A stretch of DNA of 64,000 nt from an uncultured Candidatus Rokubacteria bacterium (GCA_963805625.1 CAWDVE010000017.1:448001-512000), one strand, 5' to 3'. Counted from the stretch's first letter, positions 22,963 through 34,017 are shown. A program made the numbers and translations. Notes: generated by a model not told the origin, from the letters alone.

Positions 22963-23144
22963 GACGGACGTTGAAGTCGATTTAGCTTCAGGGATGTGCG
23001 TTCCAAATATTTGAGAAACCTTGTGAATTATGAAAATGAGGTGCGATTCAAAGAGACGCCTCATATGTCGGATATTCAGGCAATTTGCCTGACTAGTTCG
23101 GTCTCGACCCTATTAACTCAATGATAACACTAAAGTTTGTCGAG

Positions 23145-23160
23145 TGGTACGTATATTGCT
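23145..23160 (+). promoter_or_regulatory. Sigma54 promoter of PEP-CTERM gene
   Basis: TGGTACGTATATTGCT (GG-N10-GC). Confidence 0.8.
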
Positions 23161-23210
23161 TTCCGTACATTGTTTTCCATAGTGGCGCGGCAGCGAACTC
23201 ATGAGAGGAG

Positions 23211-23930
23211 ATGCCCATGAACAGATTTGTCCTGGCGATCGCAGTAGCGGCAGTGCTTGTCGCGGGCAGCATGGGGTCGGCAATGGCGACCGAGATCTTC
23301 TTCGGGGATCTCGCTCCAGATAGCACGGCCGGCTGCGGTTTCACCGGTGGCGACAAGGGCATTGTGTGCAGCAATCCGTTAACCTTTACGAACTCTGGCG
23401 CCGTCTTCACCGCGACAGGCTTTAACGCTCCGTTTAATCCGGCAGGCGGAGGCGCTCTGACGCTGAAGCCGACTGCCTCATCGCCTCTCCTTGCCACCTT
23501 CCCAGGCCTCCCGTCCAATAGCCTGGGCGAGAGTGGGATTGGTGAGAACGCCGATACCGGCATCCCCTGCTCGGACCCTGACTGCGAGATCGGCCAGACC
23601 TTCGGTGTCTCGATTTCAGTGACCGGTGGCCTGATGGATGACGCCATCATCGGCTCGGTACAGCCCGGCGAAATCTTCAACCTTTTCGCCGGTCCTGGCT
23701 TTACGCTCATCGGCACGTTCGACGGCGCCACCTGCACGCAGGCACCGGGTGTGGATGACAGCTGTCTGGTTACATTCGCTCCCACGTCCGTCATTTGGGT
23801 GCAATCCAACCAAGTGAATACGCTGGTCACGGCGGTGTCGGGAACCTTCGGCGTACCCGAGCCTTCGACGATGGCATTGCTCGGCACGGCCCTGGTTGGT
23901 CTCGGCTTGCTCAGCCGCCGGAAGGCATAG
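23211..23930 (+). CDS. PEP-CTERM sorting domain protein
   Basis: Signal peptide; C-terminal VPEPSTMALLGTALVGLGLLSRRKA. Confidence 0.95.
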   Translation: MPMNRFVLAIAVAAVLVAGSMGSAMATEIFFGDLAPDSTAGCGFTGGDKGIVCSNPLTFTNSGAVFTATGFNAPFNPAGGGALTLKPTASSPLLATFPGLPSNSLGESGIGENADTGIPCSDPDCEIGQTFGVSISVTGGLMDDAIIGSVQPGEIFNLFAGPGFTLIGTFDGATCTQAPGVDDSCLVTFAPTSVIWVQSNQVNTLVTAVSGTFGVPEPSTMALLGTALVGLGLLSRRKA

Positions 23931-24242
23931 CGACCAACCAACTGGGCTTTTCCGAACAGCTTCCAGCGCGCCGCTGCCCCGTCGGTGCTCGCAGACCTGG
24001 CGGGGTCAGCGGCCAGTGTATCTCCGGCGGCCTAAGCAGTCCGCCCTATTCTTCCGCAGCCAGTCAAGCGAGCTCAGGCGACGCGTAGGGAGCACCGCTG
24101 GCCCCCCCGTCTTGGTGGCCCACGTCTGGAACGCCCGCTTTGCCGCTCGGCTCCCTCGCCGTCTCCGCGTGGGGATTCCCCCGATGCATGTCAGAGGACG
24201 GGCAGTGGGGCGACGATCGGCCTTCCGGTTTCCCCAGGCGGC

Positions 24243-25229
24243 GTGGCGGCCGACGCACCGTTGATCGCCAGCTTCCGGGCGGCACGCGGCCCGATCGTTC
24301 TCGACGGGAGCGTCGACCCGGCGCTGCCCGCCGAGCTCGCCGGGGTGTTCGGCGAGGGCTCGGTGACACTGCCGCTCGTCTGGCGGAGGACGCTGACCGG
24401 GTTCCTCCTCCTCGGTCCCGAGCGCACGGGCCTCGGGTACGGGCCGGAGGACCTCCTCTTCATGGCGACGATCGGCGAGCAGGCGGCCGGCTCGATCGCC
24501 ACCGCCCACATGTCGGAGGCGCTCGCGCGCACGCGGGAGTTCGACGCCTTCCACCGCCTGACCTCGTACGTGATCCACGACCTCAAGAACTCGGTCTCCG
24601 CGCTGTCCCTGCTGGCCCGCAACGCCCTCACCTACTTCGACGACCCGGAGTTCCAGCAGGACAGTATCCGGACGCTCTCCCGCACCGTCGAGCGGATGAC
24701 GAGGCTGCTGGGGAAACTGGGGTCGCCCGAGAAGGCCGCCGAGCTGACCCTCGAGCCGGTCGACCTCGCCGCGCTGGTAGACGAGGCCGTCCGGCCCTTG
24801 CGCGCCGACGCGCGTCTCACGGTGCTGACCGACGTCCGACCGATCCCTCCGGTGCCCGCGGACGCCGAGGCCCTCCTCCAGGCGCTCCAGAACCTCGTCA
24901 AGAACGCGGCTGAGGCCATCACCGGAGCGGGCACGGTGACTGTCGCGGTCGAGGGAACGGAGGGGGCGGCGGTCCTCTCGGTGACCGACACGGGGCCGGG
25001 CCTGTCGGAGGAGTTCGTGCGGACGTCCCTCTTCACGCCTTTCCGCTCGACCAAGGACGGCGGCTGGGGGATCGGGCTCTTCCAGGCCCGGGACATCATC
25101 GAGCGCCACGGGGGCATGATCGCCGTGACGAGCACGCCCGGCCGGGGCACGACTTTCCGGGTGCGGCTGCCGGTCGCCGGGGAGGCGATCGCCGGGGTGA
25201 GCGGGGCCTGGCGGGAGGGCCCGGAGTGA
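24243..25229 (+). pseudogene. prsK: N-terminally truncated PEP-CTERM system histidine kinase
   Basis: GAF remnant, [35 protein letters not shown]; TM region absent. Confidence 0.82.
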
Positions 25230-26618
25230 GCCAGCCGCGGCTCCTGATCGTCGAGGACGACGAGGCCATCCAGACCCAGCTCAAGTACGCGCTGCGGGAC
25301 GAGTTCAGCCTCATCTTCGCCGGGGACCGCCCCCAGGCCCTCGCGCGGCTTCGCGAGGCCCAGCCGCCGGTAGTGACCCTCGACCTGGGCCTCCCGCCCG
25401 CCGCCCACACGGCCGAGGAAGGGCTGAAGACCCTGGAGGAGATCCTCCGCGCGGCGCCGTCCACCCGGGTCGTGGTCCTCACGGGGAACGCCGACCGGGC
25501 CAACGCCCTCCGGGCGGTGCAGGCCGGCGCCTTCGACTACCAGGCGAAGCCGGTCGACATCGACGCGCTGAGGGTCGTCCTCCGCCGCGCCCTGTTCCTC
25601 CACGGGGTCGAGACCGAGGCGGCCCACCAGGCGAGCGAGGCCGAGGCGGCGGCCCGCTTCGAGGACATCGTGGGCCACTCGCCGAGGATGCGCGAGATCT
25701 TCGACATCGTGACGCGCGTCGCCCGGACCGATGCCACGGTGCTCGTCGAGGGCGAGAGCGGGACCGGCAAGGAGCTCCTCGCCCGCGCCGTCCACGCGAA
25801 GAGCCGCCGGCGCGACCGCGCCGTTCGTCCCGATCAACTGCGGCGCGATCCCCGAGACGCTGCTAGAGGCGGAGTTGTTCGGACACGAGAAGGGCGCGTA
25901 CACCGACGCCCACGCCCAGCGGAAGGGGAAGCTCGAGGTGGCGGATGGCGGCACGCTCTTCCTGGACGAGATCGGCGAGATGAGCCTGCCGCTCCAGGTC
26001 AAGCTGCTCCGGTTCCTCCAGGAGCGGGAGATCGAGCGGATCGGCGGCCGGGAGCGGATCAAGGTCGACGTCCGGGTCGTCGCGGCGACCAACAAGGATC
26101 TCAAGGCCGAGATCGCGGGCGGGCGCTTCCGGGAGGACCTCTACTTCCGGCTCTCGGTGGTGACGATCACGCTCCCCCCGCTCCGCGAGCGCGGGGAGGA
26201 CATCATCCTCCTGGCCAACACGCTGCTCCGTCGCAACTGCCAGGAACAGCGACGCAAGCTCCAGTTCAGCCCGGACACCTTGGTGGCCCTCGGAGGGTAC
26301 GCGTGGCCGGGGAACATCCGGGAGCTGGAGAACGTGGTCCAGCGGGCCGTCATCATGGCGCGGGGCAAGTTCATCGAGCCGGCCGACCTCGGGTTCGAGG
26401 CGCCTGCGGGATCCGGGGAGGCGCCCCGGCCTCTCAAGGAGGCCCGCAACCAGCTCGAGCGGGAGCTCCTTCTGCAAGCCCTCACCCGGACCAGGGGCAA
26501 CATCAGCCAGGCGGCCAAGGAGCTCGGGGTGAGCCGGCCCACCCTCCACGACCTCCTCGACAAGCACGCCATCGACGGTCGCCTCCTCCGACCGAGCGCC
26601 AACCTGGACGAGAGCTAG
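25226..26618 (+). pseudogene. prsR: PEP-CTERM-box sigma54 response regulator, one frameshift near 25817
   Basis: REC ([10 protein letters not shown]), GESGTGKE, then frame change to [43 protein letters not shown]. Confidence 0.85.
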
Positions 26619-27309
26619 CCGTGCCCCGGGGCTGCGTTGTGGGGTTTCCATCGCGACACGGCGGCACCGTGTCAACGCGATAGCACTTGCGACTGAGATG
26701 AGCGGTGTTCGCAAACAAACTATGCACTGGATTCGTGGACAGGGTCCCAAGGCAACGATTCCAGGGGTCTGGAGGGCCCTGGATCCGGCCCGCGCGCCGT
26801 CGCGACACGAGGCGATCAGCGGCGGCTGCTGCCTTCGGCCGGTCTGGTCGACGTCGACATGATTGAACTGACGGCTGAGTTCGCCGCGACCGCCCGGGCC
26901 TGGCTCGCGGGGTACGAGGCCAACGAGCAGGAGCTGTCCGAGCTCGACGCGCCCGGTGCCTTCGCGAAGCGCCAGCGCGACCGGCGGGCCCAGCTGCGCG
27001 CGATTGACGACGGACTGCTACGCCGCGGGCTCTTCTCGGCGTCGCGCCCCACGTAGCCTGGGGCCGGCCGCCGGGGAGGCAGGAGGCGGCGAGATGCGCA
27101 TACTTACTAGCGCGACCTCGCCGGTGCCGCTTGCGCTGGCAGCATTCCGCTTCCGGGTACCGCCTGAATGGTCTGCGCAAGAGAGGCGTCCACGCGGTGC
27201 ACCCCTTCCCGGCCTAGGATGTAGACGGCTCCACTGAAGGGCGAGGGGGACGACGGCCTGCATGGTCGCGCGCCGTACGGTGCCGTCGGGTGTCCGGGCA
27301 ACTACCCAT

Positions 27310-27696
27310 GGCGCATTGCTCGACGTCTCCTTCGGTGGAATCGGAGCCGTAACGCGCGCGCCGATCGGCGTCATGCGCGCGGTGCCGGAGACTCGGCGGT
27401 TGTTGGAGCGCTGCATGGAAGAAGTGCTCACGGTAGCACGCAAGCGCCACGTGGCGTTGGCAGATACAGTCGTGGCCGATACCATGGCCTTCGTGGACTC
27501 GCTGCCCCCAGGCGCGACGACGTCACTGCAACGCGATATTGCCGAATCCAAACCATCCGAACTGGAAGCCTGGAACGGGGCCGTGGTGCGTCTGGCTCGT
27601 GAGCAAGGTGTGGCAACTGCGATCCACGAGTTCGTCTACGGCAGTCTCCTGCCGCTCGAGCTCCGCGCCCGCGGCAGAGTTGCGTTTCCGGAATGA
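27310..27696 (+). pseudogene. 2-dehydropantoate 2-reductase C-terminal fragment
   Basis: SLQRDIAESKPSELEAWNGAVVRL; no NAD-binding domain. Confidence 0.75.
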
Positions 27697-28052
27697 TATT
27701 GAGCGCGGTCGACGAGCCAACAGCGGCCGCCGAAGTCAGCGTTGGAGCAGACCGCTGGCTCGCATTCGCTCGCCGCGGCCATGACTACTGCTCACAAATT
27801 TCCGAAGCCGACTGTCTCATTCGACTTGACAACTTCCGCCGACCTATCAGCGCCGCCAGCCTGAGCAGACCGTGCTGTACCTGTAGGGCCGGGCACTGGT
27901 GACTGTGTACGGCCTGTGGCTGAACCGAGCCGACGTGGGGTTGGGTGGGGTGGGTCGTCGACCTCGGAATCGCCGTTCTTTTCGGTGGTTGTCGGTTGGT
28001 CTAGGCCCACGTTCCGCACTTCTCGGGGACAATACCTCGGAATTCCGATGAC

Positions 28053-29783
28053 CTACATGGGCCAACGGAACGCGCGGGTGGGGACGCCGAGGAGGCCGAG
28101 CACCTGACGCTGGAGATCGGTCAGCTCGGCCTCGAACCCCTGCACGGGGTGGCCGTCGTCGAGCAGCACATGGCGCTCGACGAGGCTGAAGAGCCGCAGG
28201 ACCTGTTCCGGGGTCGGCGGCTTGCAGCGCCGTTGTTCTGGGTACAGCGGTAACTCGGCGATCCGCTGCTGCTGCATCGCCAGCCGGAGCTCCCGTTCAA
28301 TCAAGGCCTGCACCAGCAGCCCGAGGAAGTACAGCGTGAACAGCGCCTCGATCCGGCCCTCGTTCTTGAGGAAGACTGGGGCGATCTCGTGGACGGTCTT
28401 GATCTGCTCGAACCGTTTCTCGATCGTCGGCTGGCCCTTGTGCGCCTCCAGGACCTGGGCGGGGGCCAGGGTGCGGTCATTGGTCAAGAGCGGGTACATC
28501 CCATCGCTCTTGCGGTCGTAGGCGATCGCGGTCTCGTCGAGCGTCCACGCCACATCCCAGCGCCGGCGGGTGAGCTTGCGGTAGGCCGTCTGCGGCCCCG
28601 GTCGTCCGCGCCGCCATTGGCGGAAGCGATGGTCCTCCCGGACCGTGCGGCGGACCTCGAGGGAGCGCCCGACTGTGTGCTGCGCGAGGATCTGCGCAAG
28701 CCGTCGGTCCACCTCCCGGGTCGTCCGCAGCCGCGTCTTCGGACTGGCGAGCCGGACCCGCAGCTCGCCGAGCGCCTCAAACGCGGCGGCGAGCCGCTCC
28801 CGCCGGCTCTGCTCCTGGCGTAGCGCGAGCAGCGGGCTCCACACCCAGATCACCGGCCACGCTTCCCGCGAGGGGAGCGGCGCCCGGCAGACGTACCACC
28901 GGTCACGGGGGCCGCCCTTCCGGCGGGGATTCGGCCGGTCCCAGACCAACTCCCAGGGGGGCTCGTGGGTCTGGACCCACTTCCGGAACTCCCGGTCTTC
29001 CAGCCGCGACCGGGGCAGGACGGTGACGAACCGGCCGCGGTGCCGGTCAAGGTAGTCCATGTTCTCTCGCGTGCAGAGCTTGGAGTCGGCGACGTAGAGG
29101 AAGTCCGCGCGGCCCGCCACCGCGCGCAGCGTCTCCCAGGTCTCGATGTGGGTCTGCGAGTCGTTGGTCCGGCCGTCGGTGCACCGGAACTGGACGGGCA
29201 CCCCGCCGTCCGCACTCGTGGTGAGCGAGAACAGGAGCTGCTTGAGGTCCGGCCGGTGATCCTTGGAGTGGCCGTAGGTGATCCAGGGCGCCCGCTGCCC
29301 CCGCAGGCGCCGGCCCGTGGCCGCGTGGTACTGGCCGCAGAAGCGGACCGTCGTCGAGTCGTTGTGGAGTTGACTGAAGCGGACCCCGAACCGCTGGCCG
29401 ACGGCGACGACGACCTCGGTCAACAGCGCGGCGCGGTCAGCATCGAACAGCCGATCGAGCGCCCGCCCGATCCGATCATCCCCCAGGGCCTGCACCTCCG
29501 CGGGCGCCAGCCCGTACATCGCCGGGGCGAACGTCCGCACGGTCTCCTGTTGCCGGTAGATCGGCTCCCGCTCCACGATGACGGAGCGCAGCAGGACGCC
29601 CAGGGCTCGCGCGTGGGGCACGTCGCAGCGGTGATCCACCGTCGGCACGGCCCGGTCCAGGACCGCCTCGAGCCCCATGCGCTGCAGGACGTGGTTGATG
29701 ATCGGCACGGGCCCCAGCCGTTCGGTGCGCAGCGTGAAGGGGCCCGGGCCCCCACGGGGCGAAAAGGCTTGCCGTGGCCTCAT
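28053..29783 (-). CDS. IS1634 family transposase
   Basis: HNDSTT, YGHSKDHRPDLKQL, YVADSKL, IEKRFEQIK. Confidence 0.93.
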   Translation of the reverse strand: MRPRQAFSPRGGPGPFTLRTERLGPVPIINHVLQRMGLEAVLDRAVPTVDHRCDVPHARALGVLLRSVIVEREPIYRQQETVRTFAPAMYGLAPAEVQALGDDRIGRALDRLFDADRAALLTEVVVAVGQRFGVRFSQLHNDSTTVRFCGQYHAATGRRLRGQRAPWITYGHSKDHRPDLKQLLFSLTTSADGGVPVQFRCTDGRTNDSQTHIETWETLRAVAGRADFLYVADSKLCTRENMDYLDRHRGRFVTVLPRSRLEDREFRKWVQTHEPPWELVWDRPNPRRKGGPRDRWYVCRAPLPSREAWPVIWVWSPLLALRQEQSRRERLAAAFEALGELRVRLASPKTRLRTTREVDRRLAQILAQHTVGRSLEVRRTVREDHRFRQWRRGRPGPQTAYRKLTRRRWDVAWTLDETAIAYDRKSDGMYPLLTNDRTLAPAQVLEAHKGQPTIEKRFEQIKTVHEIAPVFLKNEGRIEALFTLYFLGLLVQALIERELRLAMQQQRIAELPLYPEQRRCKPPTPEQVLRLFSLVERHVLLDDGHPVQGFEAELTDLQRQVLGLLGVPTRAFRWPM

Positions 29784-29829
29784 GCTGTCGCTAGTATTAG
29801 CGACAACAGAGGAGGTCGTGTCAAGCTTT

Positions 29830-30180
29830 ATGTCACCTCAACCCCCCGACGTCCTGCTCCGACGGGCCCAGGCGCGGATCGTCCGAGTCCGCGAGGCCAT
29901 CCGGGGTGTCGACTACCTGTGCTCCGGCACGCTCCTGCGGCGCACGAAGCTCTGCGGAAGACCCGGGTGCCGGTGTGCCCAGGATCCCGCCGCTCGCCAT
30001 GGCCCGTACTACGAGTGGGGGCACATGAAGGGCGGTAAGCTCGTCCACCGGATGATCTCGGCACAGCAGGCCGCCCGCCTCCGAGCGGCGATCAAGAACT
30101 ACCGAACAGTGCGGCGGCTGCTCCGCGCGTGGGAGGCGGAAACGGAGCGCGTCATCGAGGCAGAAGACCAGCGACGCTGA
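29830..30180 (+). CDS. DUF6788-like Cys/His protein
   Basis: GTL...CGRPGCRC...HGPYYEW. Confidence 0.8.
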   Translation: MSPQPPDVLLRRAQARIVRVREAIRGVDYLCSGTLLRRTKLCGRPGCRCAQDPAARHGPYYEWGHMKGGKLVHRMISAQQAARLRAAIKNYRTVRRLLRAWEAETERVIEAEDQRR

Positions 30181-30267
30181 CAGCCGCCGGCCCGACTACG
30201 CGGGCACCAAATGCCCCTCGAGATGTGCGGAAGGAAGGTCTAGGCTGGCGCCGGGGCTGACATTCCC

Positions 30268-30313
30268 CTCATAACCCAGTGGTCGCTGGTTCAAATCCAG
30301 CCCCCGCAACCAA
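30268..30313 (+). repeat. att direct repeat = 3' part of tRNA-fMet
   Basis: 44/46 identical to 21973-22018. Confidence 0.95.
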
Positions 30314-30325
30314 TTGTGGGCGAAC

Positions 30326-30366
30326 CAGCCTCCTGATCCGTCGGGGTCAGGAGGCTGGCCTGTTTT
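30326..30366 (+). terminator. Intrinsic terminator-like hairpin after the tRNA fragment
   Basis: cagcctcctga...tcaggaggctg followed by gcctgtttt. Confidence 0.6.
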
Positions 30367-30368
30367 AG

Positions 30369-32405
30369 CCCGAAGTTCCGCCTGTCGCTATAGGGGATGG
30401 CGTTGATTTTCTTGGCGAAGGCATGTCTCAGTGCCTGGGCGTTCTGGCTACAGGGTGAGGGAGACCCCGAGCCGATCGAGAGCGCGCTGCTGGAGCGGGG
30501 TCGGTGTCGTGATGGTGTCGAACTCGATCGCCGCGTCTGACTTCACGCGCATGCGATTCTTCACGATCGTCCGCAGATGGCGCAGGAGCGACTGGAAGCT
30601 GTGGACGGGGTCCCCCTCGTCGGTCCGCTTCGTCACCGCTTTGGCCTTCGCCCGGGGCGACCGCTGGGCCGGCGCCACCACCGAGCGGCGCTCGGCCTCG
30701 GCGGCCGCCGGGGCGTCGTCGTCGAAGAGCATGGGGGCCAACGCGCGCCGCATGTGCCATTCCACGTAGTAGGCCAGCATGCACAGAAAGACGTGCGCGC
30801 GGACGCGGTCGGCCTTGCGATGATGGATGGGGCGCACCTTCAAGTCGACGGTCTTGAGGCTCCGGAAGGCGCGCTCGATGGCGGCAAGCCGCTTGTAGCT
30901 GCGCACGGCCTCGGCCGTCGGGAGTCGGTCGACCTCGACACTCGTCCGGAGGACGTAGATCCCATCGAGGGCGGCCTCGCGCGCGATGGCCGCCTCGTCG
31001 CGCGCGGCCCGGAAGGTCGTGTCGGTGATCTCGAGCGTGAAGTGCTTGCCGACCTTCCGCCGCCCGAGCACCTTGCCGACCCGGAGCGCGATGCGGGCTT
31101 GGCCGCGGAGCGGCCGCGTCGCGCGCGCGGTGGCGGCCGCGATCTTGGCCAGCTCGGGTTCGGTCGCCTCCAGGAGCTCCCCACGCTTGCGAGCCCGCTC
31201 CTCGGCCAAGAGGGGGTTCTTACAGACGATGAGCCGCTCGCCGGGGTAGTCAGGATGGGTGATCTCGGCCAGGTCCTGCTGATCAAAGAGCGACAGCGGC
31301 AGGACCCCGCCCGCGGCCAGGGCCTGAATCGCCGGGGCGCGCAGCGCGGTAATCCAGTCGAGCCCCTCAATGGGCCGCAGATCCTCCCGCAGGCGGGCGT
31401 CCGTGAGCATCCCGCGGTCGCCGACCAGCACCACGCGCGCGATCCCGAACCGCTCGCGGATCTTCTTGATCTGCGCCGGGAGGGTCTTGGGATCCCCGGT
31501 GTTGCCTTCGAACACTTCGACCGCGACCGGGCAGCCGTCCCCGTTGGTCAGGAGCCCGAAGACGATCTGAAGCTTGTCCCGCCGCCCGTCGCGCGAGTGG
31601 CCGAACTTCGCTAAGGGGCACTGGCGGCCTTCGAAATACGTCGAGGTCACATCGTAGAGGATGAGACCGCCGTCGGTCAGATGCCGCCGCGCCAGGCCCT
31701 GCTCGACGCGCCCTTGCCGCGCCAGGAGCCAATCCATCGCCGCGTAGAGCGCGTCCTCGTCGGCGTCGGCGACGCCGAGGCTCTCGCCGAGGGAGGACTC
31801 CTCGGTCTCCGCCCCGAGCGCCCGCGCCGTGGCGAGCTTGGAACACGGATCCAGGAGGCGCGCCGCCATCAGGGCCTCGACGAGATCCCGCTCCCGGCGG
31901 CGCGTGGCCGCGAGGAGCGCGGGGAGCCCCAACTTCCGCGCCGTGCCCACGACCGCGGCGACGTGGCCATGGGGCCGGGAGCGGATGACCTCGAACGCGT
32001 CGTCGGGCGAAACCAGCGCGTCGCCGCGCACGGCGCGGCGAATCAGCTCAATGGTCGCGGCCGGGAGGCGGGAGAGATTTCCGAGGGTTTCGTGCTTGAC
32101 CTGGCCGTCCTGGCGATAGGTGCGCCGCAGGAGGTACGAGCGATAGCGCCGGCCGCCGTGCGTGCGCGTGATCTCGGCGACGTGACAGGCCCCGGAGGCG
32201 CGCGCCATACCGGGACCCTACGCGGCGAGCCGGCGGGAAGTCAAGCGCAATCTTGGCTACATCGCTTGCCACTCAGAATGGCAGTCCAAGGGGGCAGATG
32301 TCTCACATCTCGCCTATACTCTTGGCTACACTTATCAAACCGGAACCGACAGTTTTCGACACGGTAATGCGGACTTACCTCGCGTGCTGGCAGGGGAACT
32401 TCGGG
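30369..32405. mobile_element. IS1634-family element with perfect 11-bp IRs and TTAG target duplication
   Basis: cccgaagttcc 30369-30379 / ggaacttcggg 32395-32405; TTAG at 30365 and 32406. Confidence 0.92.
30448..32208 (-). CDS. IS1634 family transposase
   Basis: LYDVTSTYFEG, FGHSRDG, VGDRGM, IERAFRSLK, RPIHH. Confidence 0.95.
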   Translation of the reverse strand: MARASGACHVAEITRTHGGRRYRSYLLRRTYRQDGQVKHETLGNLSRLPAATIELIRRAVRGDALVSPDDAFEVIRSRPHGHVAAVVGTARKLGLPALLAATRRRERDLVEALMAARLLDPCSKLATARALGAETEESSLGESLGVADADEDALYAAMDWLLARQGRVEQGLARRHLTDGGLILYDVTSTYFEGRQCPLAKFGHSRDGRRDKLQIVFGLLTNGDGCPVAVEVFEGNTGDPKTLPAQIKKIRERFGIARVVLVGDRGMLTDARLREDLRPIEGLDWITALRAPAIQALAAGGVLPLSLFDQQDLAEITHPDYPGERLIVCKNPLLAEERARKRGELLEATEPELAKIAAATARATRPLRGQARIALRVGKVLGRRKVGKHFTLEITDTTFRAARDEAAIAREAALDGIYVLRTSVEVDRLPTAEAVRSYKRLAAIERAFRSLKTVDLKVRPIHHRKADRVRAHVFLCMLAYYVEWHMRRALAPMLFDDDAPAAAEAERRSVVAPAQRSPRAKAKAVTKRTDEGDPVHSFQSLLRHLRTIVKNRMRVKSDAAIEFDTITTPTPLQQRALDRLGVSLTL

Positions 32406-34017
32406 TTAGCCGTCCGCGCAGCTCGACCCGCCGGCCCGAGCCCTCTGACGGCAGCGGCACCAGCTCGAGATCCCCCTCGAAGTGCTTGCGGATCTCGGTC
32501 CGCGCGCGGACCGGGTCTTCGGCAACGAGCGTTGCGAGATGGTCGACGCGCGCTTGGATCCAGGTGCGGGAGGCCGGCCGCAGGGTCGGCCTCTCCGAAG
32601 CCTGAAGGGCGGCCAGCTCGACGCGAAGGCCCTGGAGGGCGCCCTCGATCGTGGCGAGTTCTTCCCGCACGGTCACGGACTCCCCGGCCCGGAGGAAGCG
32701 CACCAGGTTTCCGGCCTCTCGCTCCAGCTCCAGGATCTCGCGCTTGAGTGTCTCGAGTCGAGTGTCCCGCGCCTGCATGGCGGCCTCGACGAAACCGGTG
32801 ACCGCGACGGTGAGCGCGTCGAGCATGGAGGGCGACGTCGCGGAGCGAAAGCGCTCGAGCAGGAGGTTCTCGAGCGGCTCCTGACGGTACCAGGCACCGT
32901 GGGCGCACACGGCCGGGCCCTTGTGGGCGGCGAAACTGCACCGATAGTAACCGTAGGGGTAGACGTGCCCGCCCTTCCGGCGCGTGGTGCGCTGGGCGAT
33001 CATCCGGGCGCCACAACATCCGCACCGCACCAGGCCGGAGAGCAGATAGGGCGAATACGCTACGCGATCCCCACCGCGAGGACGGCGGTGGAGCCCCACG
33101 CCAGTCCCACGGAGGAGCTCCTGCCGGGCCTGGACCGCTGTCCAGAGATCCGGCTCGACGATACGGAGATCGGGCCGATCCTGACGGATCCACTCGCCCT
33201 CCGGCCGCGCGATGGGGCGGCGCCGGCCCGTGTCGGGATCCTTCAGGAACCGCGTCTTGTTCCAGACCCAGGTGCCCACGTACTTCTCGTTGCCGAGGAT
33301 CACCGAGATCGTCGACACGGCCCAGCCGCGCCGGGCGGGACCGCGCTTCGTGTCCTTGGCAGGGAAGGGGATCCCCTCGGCGTTCAGTGCGTGGGCGATG
33401 GCCTTGAGGCTCCGGCCGGCGGCGGACTCCTGGAAGATCCGCCGCACGATCGCGGCCTCGGTGGAATCGACGTCGTAGCGGGCCGACACCCTCTTGCGCG
33501 GCGCGAGCCCATCGGCCGGCACGGGTACGGTGCGGTAGCCGAAGATCCGGCCGCCGGTGCTGAGGCCTCGCGCGATCCGCCCGGACAGCCCGCGGTGGGT
33601 CTTGTCCCGGAGGTCATCGAGGTACAGCTCGTTCATCAGCCCCTTCACCGCGAGCTGGACCTTGGCCCCCTGGCGGCCGGTGGCGATGCCATCGCTCACG
33701 CCCACGAGTTCGAGGCCGCGGACGCGAAGACGGTGGTGGAGGCGAAGGAGTTCGGCCATGTCGCGGGTCAAGCGCGAGAGGTCCTCGACCAAGATCACAT
33801 CGAAGGGTCGCGCCGGCGCGAGGGCCGCCGCCAGAAGCTCCTGATACCCCGGGCGATGCTCGACGCCGAACCCCGACAGCGCCGCGTTCTGGAACGTCGC
33901 GACGATCGTCCAGCCCTGATGCTCGGCATAGGTGCGGCACAGCCGGAGCTGGTCCTCGATTGAGGCCGGCGACTGGAGGTCGCTCGAATAGCGAGCGTAG
34001 AGGGCGCAGCGCTTCAC
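32335..34017 (-). CDS. Large serine recombinase/integrase, C-terminus interrupted by IS1634
   Basis: ALYARYSS, EDLSRLTR, recombinase domain, YLLSGLVRCGCCG Zn ribbon, coiled coil. Confidence 0.93.
   Translation of the reverse strand: MKRCALYARYSSDLQSPASIEDQLRLCRTYAEHQGWTIVATFQNAALSGFGVEHRPGYQELLAAALAPARPFDVILVEDLSRLTRDMAELLRLHHRLRVRGLELVGVSDGIATGRQGAKVQLAVKGLMNELYLDDLRDKTHRGLSGRIARGLSTGGRIFGYRTVPVPADGLAPRKRVSARYDVDSTEAAIVRRIFQESAAGRSLKAIAHALNAEGIPFPAKDTKRGPARRGWAVSTISVILGNEKYVGTWVWNKTRFLKDPDTGRRRPIARPEGEWIRQDRPDLRIVEPDLWTAVQARQELLRGTGVGLHRRPRGGDRVAYSPYLLSGLVRCGCCGARMIAQRTTRRKGGHVYPYGYYRCSFAAHKGPAVCAHGAWYRQEPLENLLLERFRSATSPSMLDALTVAVTGFVEAAMQARDTRLETLKREILELEREAGNLVRFLRAGESVTVREELATIEGALQGLRVELAALQASERPTLRPASRTWIQARVDHLATLVAEDPVRARTEIRKHFEGDLELVPLPSEGSGRRVELRGRLTRSSPASTRGKSALPCRKLSVPV

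Larger units (their letters stand above)
28005..30239. mobile_element. IS1634-family element with passenger gene, flanked by CTAG duplication
   Basis: Imperfect IRs (gcccacgttccgcacttctcg / cgagatgtgcggaaggaaggt); CTAG at 28001-28004 and 30240-30243. Confidence 0.8.
22018..30313. mobile_element. Decayed genomic island in tRNA-fMet (tyrosine integrase type)
   Basis: tRNA at left, 46-bp tRNA 3' repeat at right, integrase remnant next to the tRNA. Confidence 0.85.

Noticed and set aside
26859-27056. 65-aa ORF after prsR
   Set aside because: Possibly a C-terminal gene fragment; cannot be assigned with support
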